From an uncultured Sphaerobacteraceae bacterium (GTDB taxonomy: Bacteria > Chloroflexota > Chloroflexia > Thermomicrobiales > UBA6265), in NCBI GenBank assembly GCA_964434995.1, contig CAYSXO010000010.1, positions 1-37,058 on the forward strand: a DNA stretch of 37,058 bases, given 5' to 3'. This document shows positions 36,295-37,058 of this stretch, in pieces. Positions within the stretch are counted from its first letter, which is position 1. The number at the start of each line of letters is the position of its first letter. The notes beneath the pieces were generated by a model. It ran no database searches, had not been told where the DNA came from, and saw only the letters and a list, made by a program, of their open reading frames with translations. The position numbers were made by a program, and so were the translations under genes.

Positions 36295-37058
36295 ATGAAT
36301 CCGTCAGCTGCAACGGCATCCCCGCGGCATTCGCGTCGTTCAGTTTCTCTTGCGCTCGCGGGGGCAGGCGCGATGGTGATCATGGGAGGCTCGCTCCCGC
36401 TACGTCCGCTCGGCAGTGAGGCACAGGACGACGATAGCTCCGGGCGAGGCCGGGGGCGTGGCCGCGGACACGGCGGCAATGGCCACGGTGACCGGGATGC
36501 CGAAGCCGGCCCGGAGATCACGGAACTAGTCCCTGAAGGCGCGATCGAGGTCCGAATCGTCAGTGACGACGCGGGCGGGTTCATCCCAGGCGAATTGATA
36601 GTCGATGCAGGCCAGGTCACCGCCTTCATCAACAGTCATAGTGACGAACACACCGCTACAGGTTCAGGCTTCGATACAGGTGTCATTGCTTCGGGTTCTA
36701 TCGCCACAGTGACCCTAGATTCCGCTGGGGTCTACTACTATGCCTGCCTAATCCACCCGGAAATGACCGGAGTGATCCGGGTTCGGGACGGCAGCGGAAA
36801 TGTTCCTGACACGGCGCCCGAGGTGCTTGCGACTTCGCGGGATGGGCCGACAATTGCCATCGAGAACCTGAGCTTTTCTCCGGCCGTCACACGGGTCGCT
36901 CCGGGAACCACCGTAACCTGGCGCAATGCCGATTCGGTTCCGCATACCGTGACATCAACGACGGGCGAATTCGACTCCGGCATATTCGACCCGGGTTCGT
37001 CATTTCAGTTCACCTTCCAGGAACCTGGCGTATTCGACTTCGTTTGCCAGCTTCATCC
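36295..37058 (+). CDS. exported tandem cupredoxin (amicyanin/plastocyanin-like) protein, 3' end outside window
   Basis: Not in the ORF track because there is no stop before the window ends. My frame-1 translation gives: Tat-like signal (SPRHSRRSVSLALAGAGA); GRGRGRGRGHGGNGHGD linker; domain 1 ending YYYACLIHPEMTGVIRV (C-x2-H-x2-M type-1 Cu ligands); domain 2 NLSFSPAVTRVAPGTTVTWRNADSVPHTV...FDFVCQLHP. An alternative TTG start lies at 36283, after GGAGGTG. Confidence 0.8.
   Translation, partial: MNPSAATASPRHSRRSVSLALAGAGAMVIMGGSLPLRPLGSEAQDDDSSGRGRGRGRGHGGNGHGDRDAEAGPEITELVPEGAIEVRIVSDDAGGFIPGELIVDAGQVTAFINSHSDEHTATGSGFDTGVIASGSIATVTLDSAGVYYYACLIHPEMTGVIRVRDGSGNVPDTAPEVLATSRDGPTIAIENLSFSPAVTRVAPGTTVTWRNADSVPHTVTSTTGEFDSGIFDPGSSFQFTFQEPGVFDFVCQLH

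Noticed and set aside
36249-36632. 127-aa minus-strand ORF from the track.
   Set aside because: It is antisense to the N-terminal part of the clearly recognisable plus-strand cupredoxin gene, and it has low-complexity Pro/Ser/Arg-rich composition.

Overview
High-GC bacterial chromosomal segment with about 34 protein genes, 2 tRNAs and one SAM-I riboswitch. I recognised no rRNA, CRISPR array, transposase, integrase or phage gene. Most of the window is ordinary metabolism. From left to right: an FGGY sugar kinase (5' end cut by the window) coupled to a PIG-L/LmbE deacetylase; cobalamin-dependent methionine synthase metH; a YpfJ-type zinc peptidase; and an electrophile/quinone-stress-like cluster (HxlR/YodB-type regulator, YceI, MhqD-like carboxylesterase, MhqO-like ring-cleaving dioxygenase, CatE-like VOC protein). 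Next come an amidohydrolase, tRNA-Leu(UAG), an aldo/keto reductase and a complete promoter + SAM-I riboswitch + terminator unit driving metX-metY. After that: tRNA-Arg(UCU), a GT2 glycosyltransferase, a class-V PLP enzyme, a cystathionine-gamma-synthase-family enzyme and an ADP-ribosylglycohydrolase. The right end carries a family-5 (peptide/nickel type) ABC importer locus, FixC, an acyl-CoA dehydrogenase and a tandem amicyanin-like cupredoxin. The cupredoxin is absent from the ORF track because it runs off the 3' end of the window. The out-of-place part is 28.67-31.51 kb. There the ABC substrate-binding gene is separated from its two permease genes by a visibly lower-GC block. The block has two ORFs for Tat-signal proteins that carry cysteine-rich modules (one with inhibitor-cystine-knot spacing) and extreme Arg/Lys low-complexity segments, plus long noncoding spacers. 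The same locus has no ATPase gene, and its last permease is translationally coupled (ATGA overlap) to a flavin monooxygenase. I cannot assign a function to the two exported proteins. They are the best candidate for something undescribed, and all functional ideas about them are inference. A Chloroflexota- or Actinobacteria-like origin is only a guess.
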